NCBI RefSeq assembly: GCF_964355755.1
Contig: NC_092673.1
Coordinates: 19,341,648-19,405,647 of the forward strand
Direction of reading: 5' to 3'
DNA length: 64,000 nucleotides
DNA from: Antedon mediterranea
Taxonomy: Eukaryota; Animalia; Echinodermata
Numbering within the stretch: position 1 is the first letter of the stretch; each line of letters opens with the position of its first letter. Shown here piece by piece: positions 24,727-36,700 of the stretch. Under the pieces are notes generated by a model, which saw nothing but the letters and a program-made list of their open reading frames with translations, made no database searches and was not told the DNA's origin. A program made the translations under genes and the position numbers.

Positions 24727-27700
24727 GTATAATATTATCAAAGAAGAAATTTAATTAAAGTTTAAAATTATAGAGATTGTAATTTTCTTTATTATTTATT
24801 ATAACATTTTTTTATATAATGAATTACAATTATTTTTCAATATCACACTAATGATGTTGGTAAGACCTGCATGCACTGATTAACCACATTAGGCTAAAAA
24901 TAATAATATAAATACACACTGATGATGGGGATAACCTGCATGTACTGATTAACCACATTAGGCTAAAAATAATAATATAAATACACACTGATGATGGAGG
25001 TATAACCTGCATGTACTGATTAACCACATTAGGCTAAAAATAATAATATAAATACACACTGATGATGTTGGTATAACCTGCATGTACTGATTAACCACAT
25101 TAGGCTATAAATAATAATATAAATACACACTGATGATAGGGGTATAACCTGCATGCACTGATTAACCACATTAGGCTAAAAATAATAATATAAATACACA
25201 CTGATGATGGAGGTATAACCTGCATGTACTGATTAACCACTTTAGGCTAAAAATAATAATATAAATACACACTGATGATGGGGGTATAACCTGCATGTAC
25301 TGATTAACAACATTAGGCTAAAAATAATAATATAGATACACACTGATGATGGGGGTATAACCTGCATGTACTGATTAACAACATTAGGCTAAAAATAATA
25401 ATATAAACACACACTGATGATGGGGGTATAACCTGCATGTACTGATTAACAACATTAGGCTAAAAATAATAATATAAATACACACTGATGATGGAGGTAT
25501 AACCTGCATATACTGATTAACCACATTAGGCTAAAAATAATAATATAAATACACACTGATGATGGAGGTATAACCTGCATGCACTGATTAACAACATTAG
25601 GCTAAAAATAATAATATAAATACACACTGATGATGGGGGTATAACCTGCATGCACTGATTAACCACATTAGGCAAAAATAATAATATAAATACACACTGA
25701 TGGGTATGGCAAGCCTCAGCTGTCTGGAGTATTCAAAATATTATATTATTATATCAGAGGTCCCAAATTGGGAAAGTCCATTCGCAGGAGATTTTGTCGT
25801 GAACCACATTCAATTCGTCGGGGCGTCGAAAGTCAACGCGCAGGGAATCGAAAATCAACACGCGTGTCGTTTACGTCTCTTAATTAATTAACTAAATATG
25901 TTACATATACAGTATATACAATATTTACACATAAGTTTGCTTAATTTTTACATAGGTTTATCCATCAGTATTTTTACATTCTTATTTTTTTTATGGACAC
26001 ATCCTCAGTACAAAGAATTAAAAAAATATATACTGTATTTTAACTAAAATTCAGTATATAAAATAATTTAACTTAATTACATAGGCACAGGCCTAGCCTA
26101 GGGCTTCTACTAGGCCCTAGCTAGCTACCATTTTAACCCCCCCCCCCCCAAAAAAAAAATAATAATAAGAAATAACTATTCCGAATCCGTCTTATGCTAC
26201 ATTACGCGAGTTAACATATTATTTCAGATGAAAAACATTGAGTTTTATATTGTTTTATCCATACGTAATTACACTGGCATTAAAGATATAACATTAAAAT
26301 GTAGGCCGTTTATGAGCTATTTCGCCGATTTCTTATCGCTGGGAAATTCCCCACCATCGACATCGATCGAGGAGTAGGCCTAGGCTAGAATAGAGGCCTA
26401 GCGTGCATGCCGGAACGGGTGGATTATTGCTATATAAATAACAAGTTTGAACAAAAGAGCTTACAACAATCTTAGGTAAATTTTTATTAAACGTAGGCCT
26501 ACTTGCTTGGCGAATCCATATGCTCGTATTATCGGATCGTACAGTAAAACCAAATAAAACACCGCCTCAACAACCTCGTGCGATGTGCGATCTGTTGTTC
26601 TTTGCAGCGGATCAACATTGGTAGAGTCCATTAATTATGAGGGTGTTTAAAAATGTAATAACTATTAAAAACGTGTCTCAATCACTGTGTAATCAAAGCG
26701 TTTATTTAGTTAAAACTTGGATCCTCCCAAAATTGATAATCGCGTATTCCGGTGACCACGTGATTGATTCACGGTTGGTTGCACGCTCTTTTTTTTCTAC
26801 GTCCGGCGTGTAGTAACCGTGCATGTTTATATTATTGTTACGGTTTAACAAAGGCAGTGCATACAAATAAAAATACAATAATAGACCACAGAGACTGCAT
26901 GAATAGACATTGTTTCAACATCCTGCCTCACTTTTGTCTAGTTATTTATTGATTATTGTTGACCTGGGCTGAGCCTGGGTGTAACCGTAAATCAATTTGG
27001 CCAAAAATATGGGGAAATTTGAAAATGCGGTAAAAAAAATCAAAATGCGGTAGAAAACGTTGAGATAGCGGTAGCGCGGTAGATGGGTTCTAAAAGCGGT
27101 AGACTACCGCGAGTAGCGGTAGACTTGGGACCCCTGTTTTCACGCTACATCACAAGAGAGGACTCAATCAGATATAAAGCAAGCAGCAATTTTAGGACTA
27201 TAGTTTATAGGTCCCAGCTGCTGGACCCAAAAAACATCTGGGAAAAGTGTCTATGAGGGTTCACGGTTGAACGATTTTGGATTCTTGCCCTTTGATTGGT
27301 TGACTTCAATGCAAATGGTTTAACCTAAATTTGTTATCGTATCTAGTTTAACTTAATTATGATATTAGTTTCATTGGGTGTTAAAAATCAGTACCAAAAG
27401 TATGTACCAACTTTCTCTACCATTGAGTAAATATTCTAGAAGTTGCACTTAATTTACTGAAATTTCTCATTACGCAAATTTATATATAAATTCATTAAAC
27501 TGCTTATTGGCCTCATATTTTTAATATCTGAACATTTGTTTGTACAATTTTATGAAAGTATTTTTTCTCATTACGCAAATTTATATATTAATTAAGTAAT
27601 AGGCTAACAAATCTCTAGATCTGATCCATGGTAAGATAATCTATTAAACCCAATTTCACATAATGTCTGTTGTCGGTATTATACACCAGCAAATTTGCAA

Positions 27701-30700
27701 AAGAAGGTAATGTACAGGGATTTGCTAGTGTAATAGGCTAACATTATATAGATATGCTGTGGTAAACCATTCTATTTTGTTCTACTCATTTATTAATAAT
27801 GATAATTATGATTATTTATCACAATATTTAGTAGCAATTGTTGTTGTTTGTATTGAAAAAAAAAACAAACAATTTTACATAATGTCTGTTGTCAGTATTT
27901 ATAAACTTTATTATGATTCCTTTCCAGAATGGTGACACTCCATTACATTCATATCTGGGGAGCGGATATAGATCTACCTTAGAAATAGTGACTTGTCTCA
28001 TTCAGCATGGGACACCAGTAGCATTGCAAAATAAGGTAATGTACAGGGATTTGCTAGTGTAATAGGCTAACATTATATAGATATGCTGTGGTAAACCATT
28101 CTATTTTGTTCTACTCATTTATTAATAATGATAATTATGATTATTTACCACAATATTTAGCAGCAATTGTTGTTGTTTGTATTGACAAAAAACAAACAAT
28201 TTCACATAATGTCTGTTGTCAGTATTTATAAACTTTATTATGATTCCTTTCCAGGATGGTGACACTCCATTACATTCATATCTGTGGAGTAGTATGTATC
28301 CACCTACCTTAGAAATAGTGACGTGTCTCATTCAGCATGGGGCACCAGCAACATTGCAAAATAAGGTAATGTACAGGGATTTGCTAGTGTAATAGGCTAA
28401 CATTATATAGATATGCTGTGGTAAACCATTCTATTTTGTTCTACTCATTTATTAATAATGATAATTATGATTATTTACCACAATATTTAGCAGCAATTGT
28501 TGTTGTTTGTATTGAAAAAAAAAACAAACAATTTCACATAATGTCTGTTGTCAGTATTTATAAACTTCATTGTGATTCCTTTCCAGTCTGGTGACACTCC
28601 ATTACATTCATATCTGAGGAGTGGATGTACTGCACCTACCTTAGAAATAGTGACGTGTCTCATTCAGCATGGGGCACCAGTAGCATTGCAAAATGAGGTA
28701 ATGTACAGGGATTTGCTAGTGTAGTAGGCTAACATTCTATAGCAGGCCTCGAATTTTACCGCGGCCAGTGCCGTCGGTGCCCTCCCAGTTGGCCTCAATG
28801 CCCTCGAAAATTAATAGCACCCACGGCCACTACTGGCCTGCCCTTTTTTTGCGTTGGCCGTGAGTGCCCTTCCCGAGTTTTACCACAATAAAAACCACTA
28901 AAGTAGATAGAAAATAATGTCAAGAATATCGGACGAGGCGCAAAACTATCGCCTGTCTTCGTTGCAAGGGGATTTCCCTAAACGCATTTAGAGAAAACAT
29001 CGAACATATTTATATAACCAAAACAATATCGTCCCGGCCGCCGTGCGTGGTAAATAATGGTATAGATAGTACATTAAAATACAGGGGTGTACACTTTTAA
29101 TAATAAAGCTAAAAACGTTCCTCGATCGGAGGTCACTGAAAGTATTAAAGTCGCACCACCCCCGCCTCAATAATCGAGCTAGCCGCCTTCGTTGAAAAAA
29201 AAATTACACGCACTCCTTGTCCTAGCCAGCCTATCCTCCCGCCGCCGATCCGATCAACAAACACACGCGATTCAATACATTGGGAAAACAATTCCATTTG
29301 ACGCACACGCACCCTCTGATAAGAAATTTCACACGACGTCGTCGTACGTGTGAGAGTACGAAGGATCGGTCGTTGGAAAAACAATTCCTTTTGACGTACA
29401 CGCACCCGCTGATATGAAAATACCATGTGCGTTCCTGCATGGTGTAGTCCATTCCATTATACGTGTAAAATTAGGGGTGTCAACTTTTAGTACTAAAGTT
29501 AAACCGGTACCTCAACCCGAAGATCGTTGGAAGTATATTGTATTTATATTTTATCGCACCCACCTCAATAATCCAGCCGACAGATCATCGAAAAATCTTG
29601 TTTAACGACGTCGTACACTAAATTAACAAACGCGTTTTTACCGAACTCAAGGAAATGGTATAGTCCACAATACACGTGCAGAAGGCTAAACGAGAGAGAG
29701 GGGTTGGCGTCCGTCCGTCCGTGTTTTGAATTCTTATGAATATGGATTATACTAACAAAAAAGCTTCAGAAATCGAAACTCGGAAAATAACAATAATTTA
29801 TATTCTACAACATAATGTCATTGGCTTGATTTTTACCGTGGTTAACACTCTGTGTATGAATAGTTGTAGTTAAGGCCTACAAACAAATTGTTTTTGTAAC
29901 CTGTGTTCTCCGTCCGCTACGCCTTTAGTGCTGCTAAGTGCTTGCTGTTGTTAGGGTCTTTACCCGTTGGGCCTGGCTTCACATGCCTTTTTTTGATCGC
30001 ATTGTTTGAAACTAAACGAAACAACTGTGAACGCTAAACATCGTACCTTAATAATTATTATTTATATGGATCGTAAATACACGTAATATTTATATGAAAT
30101 ACAAAAAGATGTAGACAGTCCTCTCCTACTACTACTACGCAATCTGATGAATAGGGGAAATACCCCCAAAAATGTTTGCGGGTAGAATTTTTTTTTTTGA
30201 AAAAAATTCCACCCGGGCGCTCAACCGGAAACAAGCTATTTTTAAATTTTGGCCTATTTATTAAAATATTTTTTAATTTTGGCCTTGGTGCCCCTTCGAT
30301 TTAAAACAAATGGCCTTGGTGCCCTCCCATTTGGCCTTGGTGCCCCTCAAATCAATGAAAACCGGAGGCCAAATGGCCTTGCCCCTAAAATCCCCAAATT
30401 CGAGGCCTGCTATAGATATGCTGTGGTAAACCATTCTATTTTGTTCTACTCATTTATTAATAATGATAATTATGATTATTTACCACAATATTTAGCAGCA
30501 ATTGTTGTTGTTTGTATTGACAAAAAACAAACAATTTCACATAATGTCTGTTGTCAGTATTTATAAACTTTATTGTGATTCCTTTCCAGAATGGTAACAC
30601 TCCATTACATTCATATCTGGAGAGAAAATATCCACATACCTTAGCAATAGTGACTTGTCTCATTCAGCATGGGGCACCAGCAACATTGCAAAATAAGGTA

Positions 30701-33700
30701 ATGTACAGGGATTTGCTAGTGTAATAGGCTAACATTCTATAGATATGATGTGGTAAACCATTCTATTTTGTTCTACTCATTTATTAATAATGATAATTAT
30801 GATTATTTACCACAATATTTAGTAGCAATTGTTGTTGTTTGTATTGACAAAAAACAAACAATTTCACATAATGTCTGTTGTCAGTATTTATAAACTTCAT
30901 TATGATTCCTTTCCAGTATGGTGAAACTCTATTACATATATATCTGTGGGCTGGATATACTGCACCTACCTTAGAAATAGTGACGTGTCTCATTCAGCAT
31001 GGGACACCATTAGCATTGCAAAAGAAGGTAATGTACAGGGATTTGCTAGTGTAATAGGCAACATTCTATAGATATGCTGTGGTAAACCATTCTATTTTGT
31101 TCTACTCATTTATTAATAATGATAATTATGATTATTTACCACAATATTTAGTAGCAATTGTTGTTGTTTGTATTGTAAAAAAACAAACAATTTCACATAA
31201 TGTCTGTTGTCAGTATTTATAAACTTCATTATGATTCCTTTCCAGTCTGGTGACACTCTATTACATTTATATCTGGGGAGTGGATATAGACCTACCTTAG
31301 AAATAGTGACTTGTCTCATTCAGCATGGGACACCATTAGCATTGCAAAATAAGGTAATGTACAGGGATTTGCTACTGTAATAGGCAACATTCTATAGATA
31401 TGCTGTGGTAAACCATTCTATTTTGTTCTACTCATTTATTAATAATGATAATTATGATTATTTACCACAATATTTAGTAGCAATTGTTGTTGTTTGTATT
31501 GACAAAAAACAAACAATTTCACATAATGTCTGTTGTCAGTATTTATAAACTTTATTATGATTCCTTTCCAGGATGGTAACACTCTATTACATTCATATCT
31601 GGGGAGTGGATATAGACCTACCTTAGAAATAGTGACTTGTCTCATTCAGCATGGGACACCATTAGCATTGCAAAATAAGGTATTGTACAGGGATTTGCTA
31701 GTGTAATAGGCTAACATTGTATAGATATGCCGTGGTAAACCATTCTATTTTGTTCTACTCATTTATTAATAATGATAATTATGATTATTTACCACAATAT
31801 TTAGCAGCAATTGTTGTTGTTTGTATTGACAAAAAAACAAACAATTTCACATAATGTCTGTTGTCAGTATTTATAAACTTCATTATGATTCCTTTCCAGG
31901 ATGGTGACACTCCATTACATTCATATCTGAGTAGTGTATATGCACCTACCTTAGAAATAGTGACGTGTCTCATTCAGCATGAGGCACCATTAGCATTGCA
32001 AAATAAGGTAATGTACAGGGATTTGCTAGTGTAATAGGCTAACATTGTATAGATATGATGTGGTAAACCATTCTATTTTGTTCTACTCATTTATTAATAA
32101 TGATAATTATGATTATTTACCACAATATTTAGCAGCAATTGTTGTTGTTTGTATTGACAAAAAACAAACAATTTTACATAATGTCTGTTGTCAGTATTTA
32201 TAAACTCCATTTTGATTCCTTTCCAGAATGGTGACACTCTATTACATTCATATCTGAGGAGTGGATACCCTACCTTAGAAATAGTGACGTGTCTCATTCA
32301 GCATGGGACACCAGTAGCATTGCAAAGTAAGGTAATGTACAGGGATTTGCTAGTGTAATAGGCTAACATTCTATTCTATTTTGTTCTGGTTTACCACATT
32401 ATTTAGCAGTAATTTTTACTGTATTGTCTCATATTATGGCATATCTGCAGCATTGCAAAATAGGGTAATGTAGGCTTACAAAGAATTGTCAGGACAATTT
32501 CACATTTTATTGTTATCAGTATTTATAAACTTCAACTTCAGTATCAATTAGCCTCCATATTAATCAATAGTATTACTACCTCAAAGAGTAGTATTATTTA
32601 ATCAGACTTACAGATATAGAATTCTCAAGTGTTTGATTTTTTTCACATTTTTCTCTTTTTACACATAGCACATTCTAACAAGTTTGTTTTGATTTAGATA
32701 TTCATTTATAAGTCAACTATAATTGTAATGTGTTGTTGTTGTTTTAATATTTCATTTGTATCTGGATAGTATCCAAATATTATTTTCTTTGAAAGTTTAT
32801 AGTAAAACTATTTGTTGTTTTATATTATGGCTCAAACATTTTAACACATCTACCTACTGTTCCAAAGTAAACTTTTATTCAATTTATCTCTCTCTCTCTC
32901 TCTCTCCTCCATCTTTCAATGTTGAAGGCGGTAGACTATAAACAGCAGCACTCAAGTTTTGGTTTGGATACAGGAGTTATAGGTGGCGCACTGTACAAGT
33001 TGATGTCATTTATTAGCAAATAGTAATTTCTATTCACGTCCTAATTTACAACCAATGTTAAAAAATAGTAAATCTATGTGTTATCACATGATGCTCTTTC
33101 ATCCAATCTCTAGATGGTAAATGTTTGAGCCATGACATAATACTGTATGTATGTGATGCATAATTAAAGTGTGTTATATTGTATATCAATAATTTCTCAA
33201 AACTACTAATAACTAAACCCATTTTTTTAATAGGATGGAAATACACCTGTCTCTCTTTTAGAAAGTAACAGGTGGATAAAGGAGCATAGTAAAACTGAAA
33301 TTTTAAACTTCTTAGAAGGTAAGTGAAGTTTTAATTATTGAAATTTTAGGATCAACTAGTTTCATTGCAAACGATAACAATTTGACTTCTTGTTCCAAGT
33401 GAAGAAGAATGTCCAGATAAAGAAAATTAACATTTATGATATATCATTCACAGGTTTATTATAGATTAAATAATTCAGTGGGATAGTAGTATACATGGAA
33501 GTTGTGATATGTTGCAAGATGTAAATTATTTTGCTATTAATACGATAAAAATAACACAAAAACGCAAACTTTAAAATTCCTTTGAAATAAAAATATTAAA
33601 TAAATCATTTTTCAAATCAAATCAATCTCTTTATTCAATACATCAAAACAGTACACATAACAAAAATAAAGAGATTTTAATGATGATGATGATGATTTTA

Positions 33701-36700
33701 AGATGAAAGGGACCTTCAATAAACCTCAAGGGGCTTTTGATAGGAGGCTTTACTTTAAACTAGTTACAATAATCGGATGGGGGATATGCATTGTTAAGGA
33801 ATATTTGAACTTTATTAATTGCACATAAATGTAAAATGTAGATTTTTTTTTTTTAATGTAATCTATTTTATATATAATGTACAATTGGTATTCGCATTCA
33901 AGGCAAACAATTTACGATAGGAGGAGATAAATATTGAATATAAAAATCTAATTTTCTTGTTAAATCCCAGTTTTTGTTTCCACAATGGATGAATTTCCTT
34001 CACACATTTTAAATAATAATTCGTCTTCTTCGAGGAGCTGAATCACCGGATTTTCAGCGCGCCGTGCGTACCAGGTTACTACCGTAAATGATGGCGCTTA
34101 ATTAAAAGTTCTTAGTAGATATAGCTCTATATCTATTAGCCTTAAAAGTTATCCCCTTAATAGATTTAGCTCTATTACCTATTAAGCACCTACTAATAAG
34201 TAGATTTTAGGTAGAATTTAGATAGTTCCTAATAGGTTTTACCTCATTAGCATAATTCAAAACCCCCACTAATAGTGTTAGATAGTTTTTTCACTATTTT
34301 CAATCTGTGAGTAACACAGTTGTATGCATCTATCTATTGTCTACTATAATAGCTATACCATGGGCTACCAGCAACCTATTAATAGACATAAACAAACTGA
34401 TAATAGCCAGTAACTGTTAATAAGCTATCTATTTTATACAATAGATAGATATGGACTACCAGATAGCTATTAGAAATCTATGAGTATCATATCTATCTAT
34501 CTACTGTCTACTTATTATAGCTATACAAGACTACCAATGACCTATCAATAGACTATAAAGAAACTGATAATAGCCAGTTAAATATTAATCAACTATCTAT
34601 TTTATAGCTGGGAAGTAGTCGTTCCATCATTGACTCATTGAGTTAAAATCCTTAGTAGGCGAGATAAAAAGGTCTACTAAAAAACTACTAAAAATAGAGC
34701 TATTTCTCCTTAAGTCTACTTAAATCTACTAATTTTTTTACTATGGGTAAAACCAATAGACAAATTCAAACTCTTCCTTCCCACATTCGCATTCGAGGCA
34801 AACAATTTACGATAGGAGGAGATAAATATTGAATATAAAAATAAAACATTTTCTTGTTAATCCCATTTTTTGTTTCCACAATGAATGAATTTTCTTCACA
34901 CATTTTTAAGCCAGCTTAAGAATACTATTTTTCTGTATGTAAAATTAAGCATCATACATGTGTTATTCTAAACACCAAGTCCCACAAAGCATAACCAAGC
35001 TCTACCAAGTGTATAAAGAACAGTGCCCTTATTGTAGGCCTTTAAAAATGCAATTCCAGGTCTATATTGGCAAAATTCAGCCCAAACCATGGTGGGCTCA
35101 AGTTCAAGTTATCTTTATTGTGTTTTCACACAGGTATAAAAACAAAATTGGTTACTGGTCATAAAACAGAATATAAATTAAAACATTTAAAAAGTTCAAG
35201 GCATATTAAAAACTTACGATAGGTGGTCAATAATTCCTACTGCCAAATTGTGAATCATACCAGTTATTCATTTCAGGATTACTTTATTTTCACTTTACAC
35301 AGTGAAACCATCCTAATCAACCGTATGTTGCTAGAAACGATTTAGATTCAGGATCTCTGTCAAAAAATGTTGCATAACGCCTATATGTTTGGATGAGTTT
35401 GAGTTCCACACATTTTTTAGGACATTAATAACTGTAGTTGTTAACTGTATACATTTTAGTTTAAAAAAATACATTATTATTATAGTATCCAGAATGAATG
35501 AGATTTACCATTTTCATGTACAGTCGATTGCTTGTACACAGTCACCCACAAGCTTTTATATAACCTTATACCATTGAAAAAGTTTAAAGATACCATATGA
35601 CAATTCAAGAGTTTTGCCAAGCTGTGACTTTTAATATAGTGTTTTTTATGAAAATATGTAATATGTAATATTTTTGTTTTGGTATTTTTTTAGATTTACC
35701 AAGTACTGTTGATGAGCAATTTCAAACACAATTTCAGAAACCGACAAGTGACAAACAGAAAACAAAACTTCGTAAGCCAGAGAGTGGTGAGTTTAATAAG
35801 AATCACAAGAGCTGCTGTATGTTGTATGATTGTATCTATATATAAATTTACGTAAGGGCAAAAACGGTAAATCGTGCGTTATTTCTAGAATGTTTACTCG
35901 ATGGTATATAAAGTTGGTTCGTACTTTCGGTACTGATTTTAACCGCCTGATGTAACCCTGTTTACTAATTAAATTGAGTTCGATTATTAGTTATTGACGA
36001 TTAAAACGAATTTAGGTTCAACGATTTGCCCCAAATAGGGGTGTTTTCCGATCGTGGTATACACTGTCTAATGGATGTCAATTTGAAAAATACCCGCACA
36101 CAATAATACGAGGACACTTCGCATTTTCCTATCTCCTCCTACGATAATTGTTTTTAATAGCTGAAAACCGGTTGACCAGTTCGAGTACAGTATCATGATG
36201 TTGAAGACAGGCCGATTTTCTTTAAAAAATGCTATTTTGATACATGTAATATACGTTTTTACAAATGTATTGATTTGTGATGAATGGAACATTCCAAATT
36301 ATTTTGTTTAACCATAGAGGTATAGATTTAGATTTATGGGCCCCCTTGGAGAATAAACATAAATAGTATTGCAATGCTGTACAATACTGTTAAGGTATTA
36401 ACCACTTTTGATCGCAATTTGAATCGCAAATTTCTTACTGTGAGTGTTGGTACTGTTAGATATAATATAAACAAATATACAAATAAACTTTATTACTGTG
36501 AGTGTGGGTAGGCCCTACTGTTAGATTATAAACATATAATATACAAATAAATAAACGTTATTACTGACAGTTGCTTCTCAACGTTTGTATTAATTAATAA
36601 TTTAAAAATATATAAACGTACGTAGTGGTGTATCGTTACATGTACTTTACTATTTCAATCGACTATGACAGTGAGAGTTTTAACAAAGTATTAAATCGTA

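Larger units (their letters stand above)
20650..24960. repeat. Right arm of the inverted segmental duplication (upstream region and 5' exons of the ANK-ROCO gene)
   Basis: Direct reverse-complement match to 1-2857 plus 8360-9483. Its true outer end cannot be seen because the left arm leaves the window. Confidence 0.95.

Noticed and set aside
1-25703. One giant transposon (e.g. Polinton/Maverick) with multi-kb TIRs
   Set aside because: The arms contain host-gene exons and introns, and there are no polB, integrase or capsid ORFs in the spacer. An inverted gene duplication explains the structure better.
28122-32297. Repeated minus-strand ORFs MRHVTISKVG...NNHNYHY in the ORF track, as a peptide gene family
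   Set aside because: They are antisense shadows of the plus-strand ankyrin exons plus intron. The plus strand has canonical splice sites and a clear ankyrin consensus, and some minus ORFs are frameshifted by intronic poly-A length changes.
27655-32380. CRISPR-like or DGR-like reading of the conserved-repeat/variable-segment pattern
   Set aside because: The context is eukaryotic and spliced, the variable segments are homologous in-frame codons rather than unrelated spacers, the changes are not adenine-specific, and there are no cas genes or DGR-type RT (the RTs present are Copia and LINE).
32919-32985. Additional exon between the last ankyrin cassette and the C-cap
   Set aside because: A pyrimidine tract and AG exist, but the translation has no ankyrin similarity and the phases do not fit the flanking phase-0 junctions.
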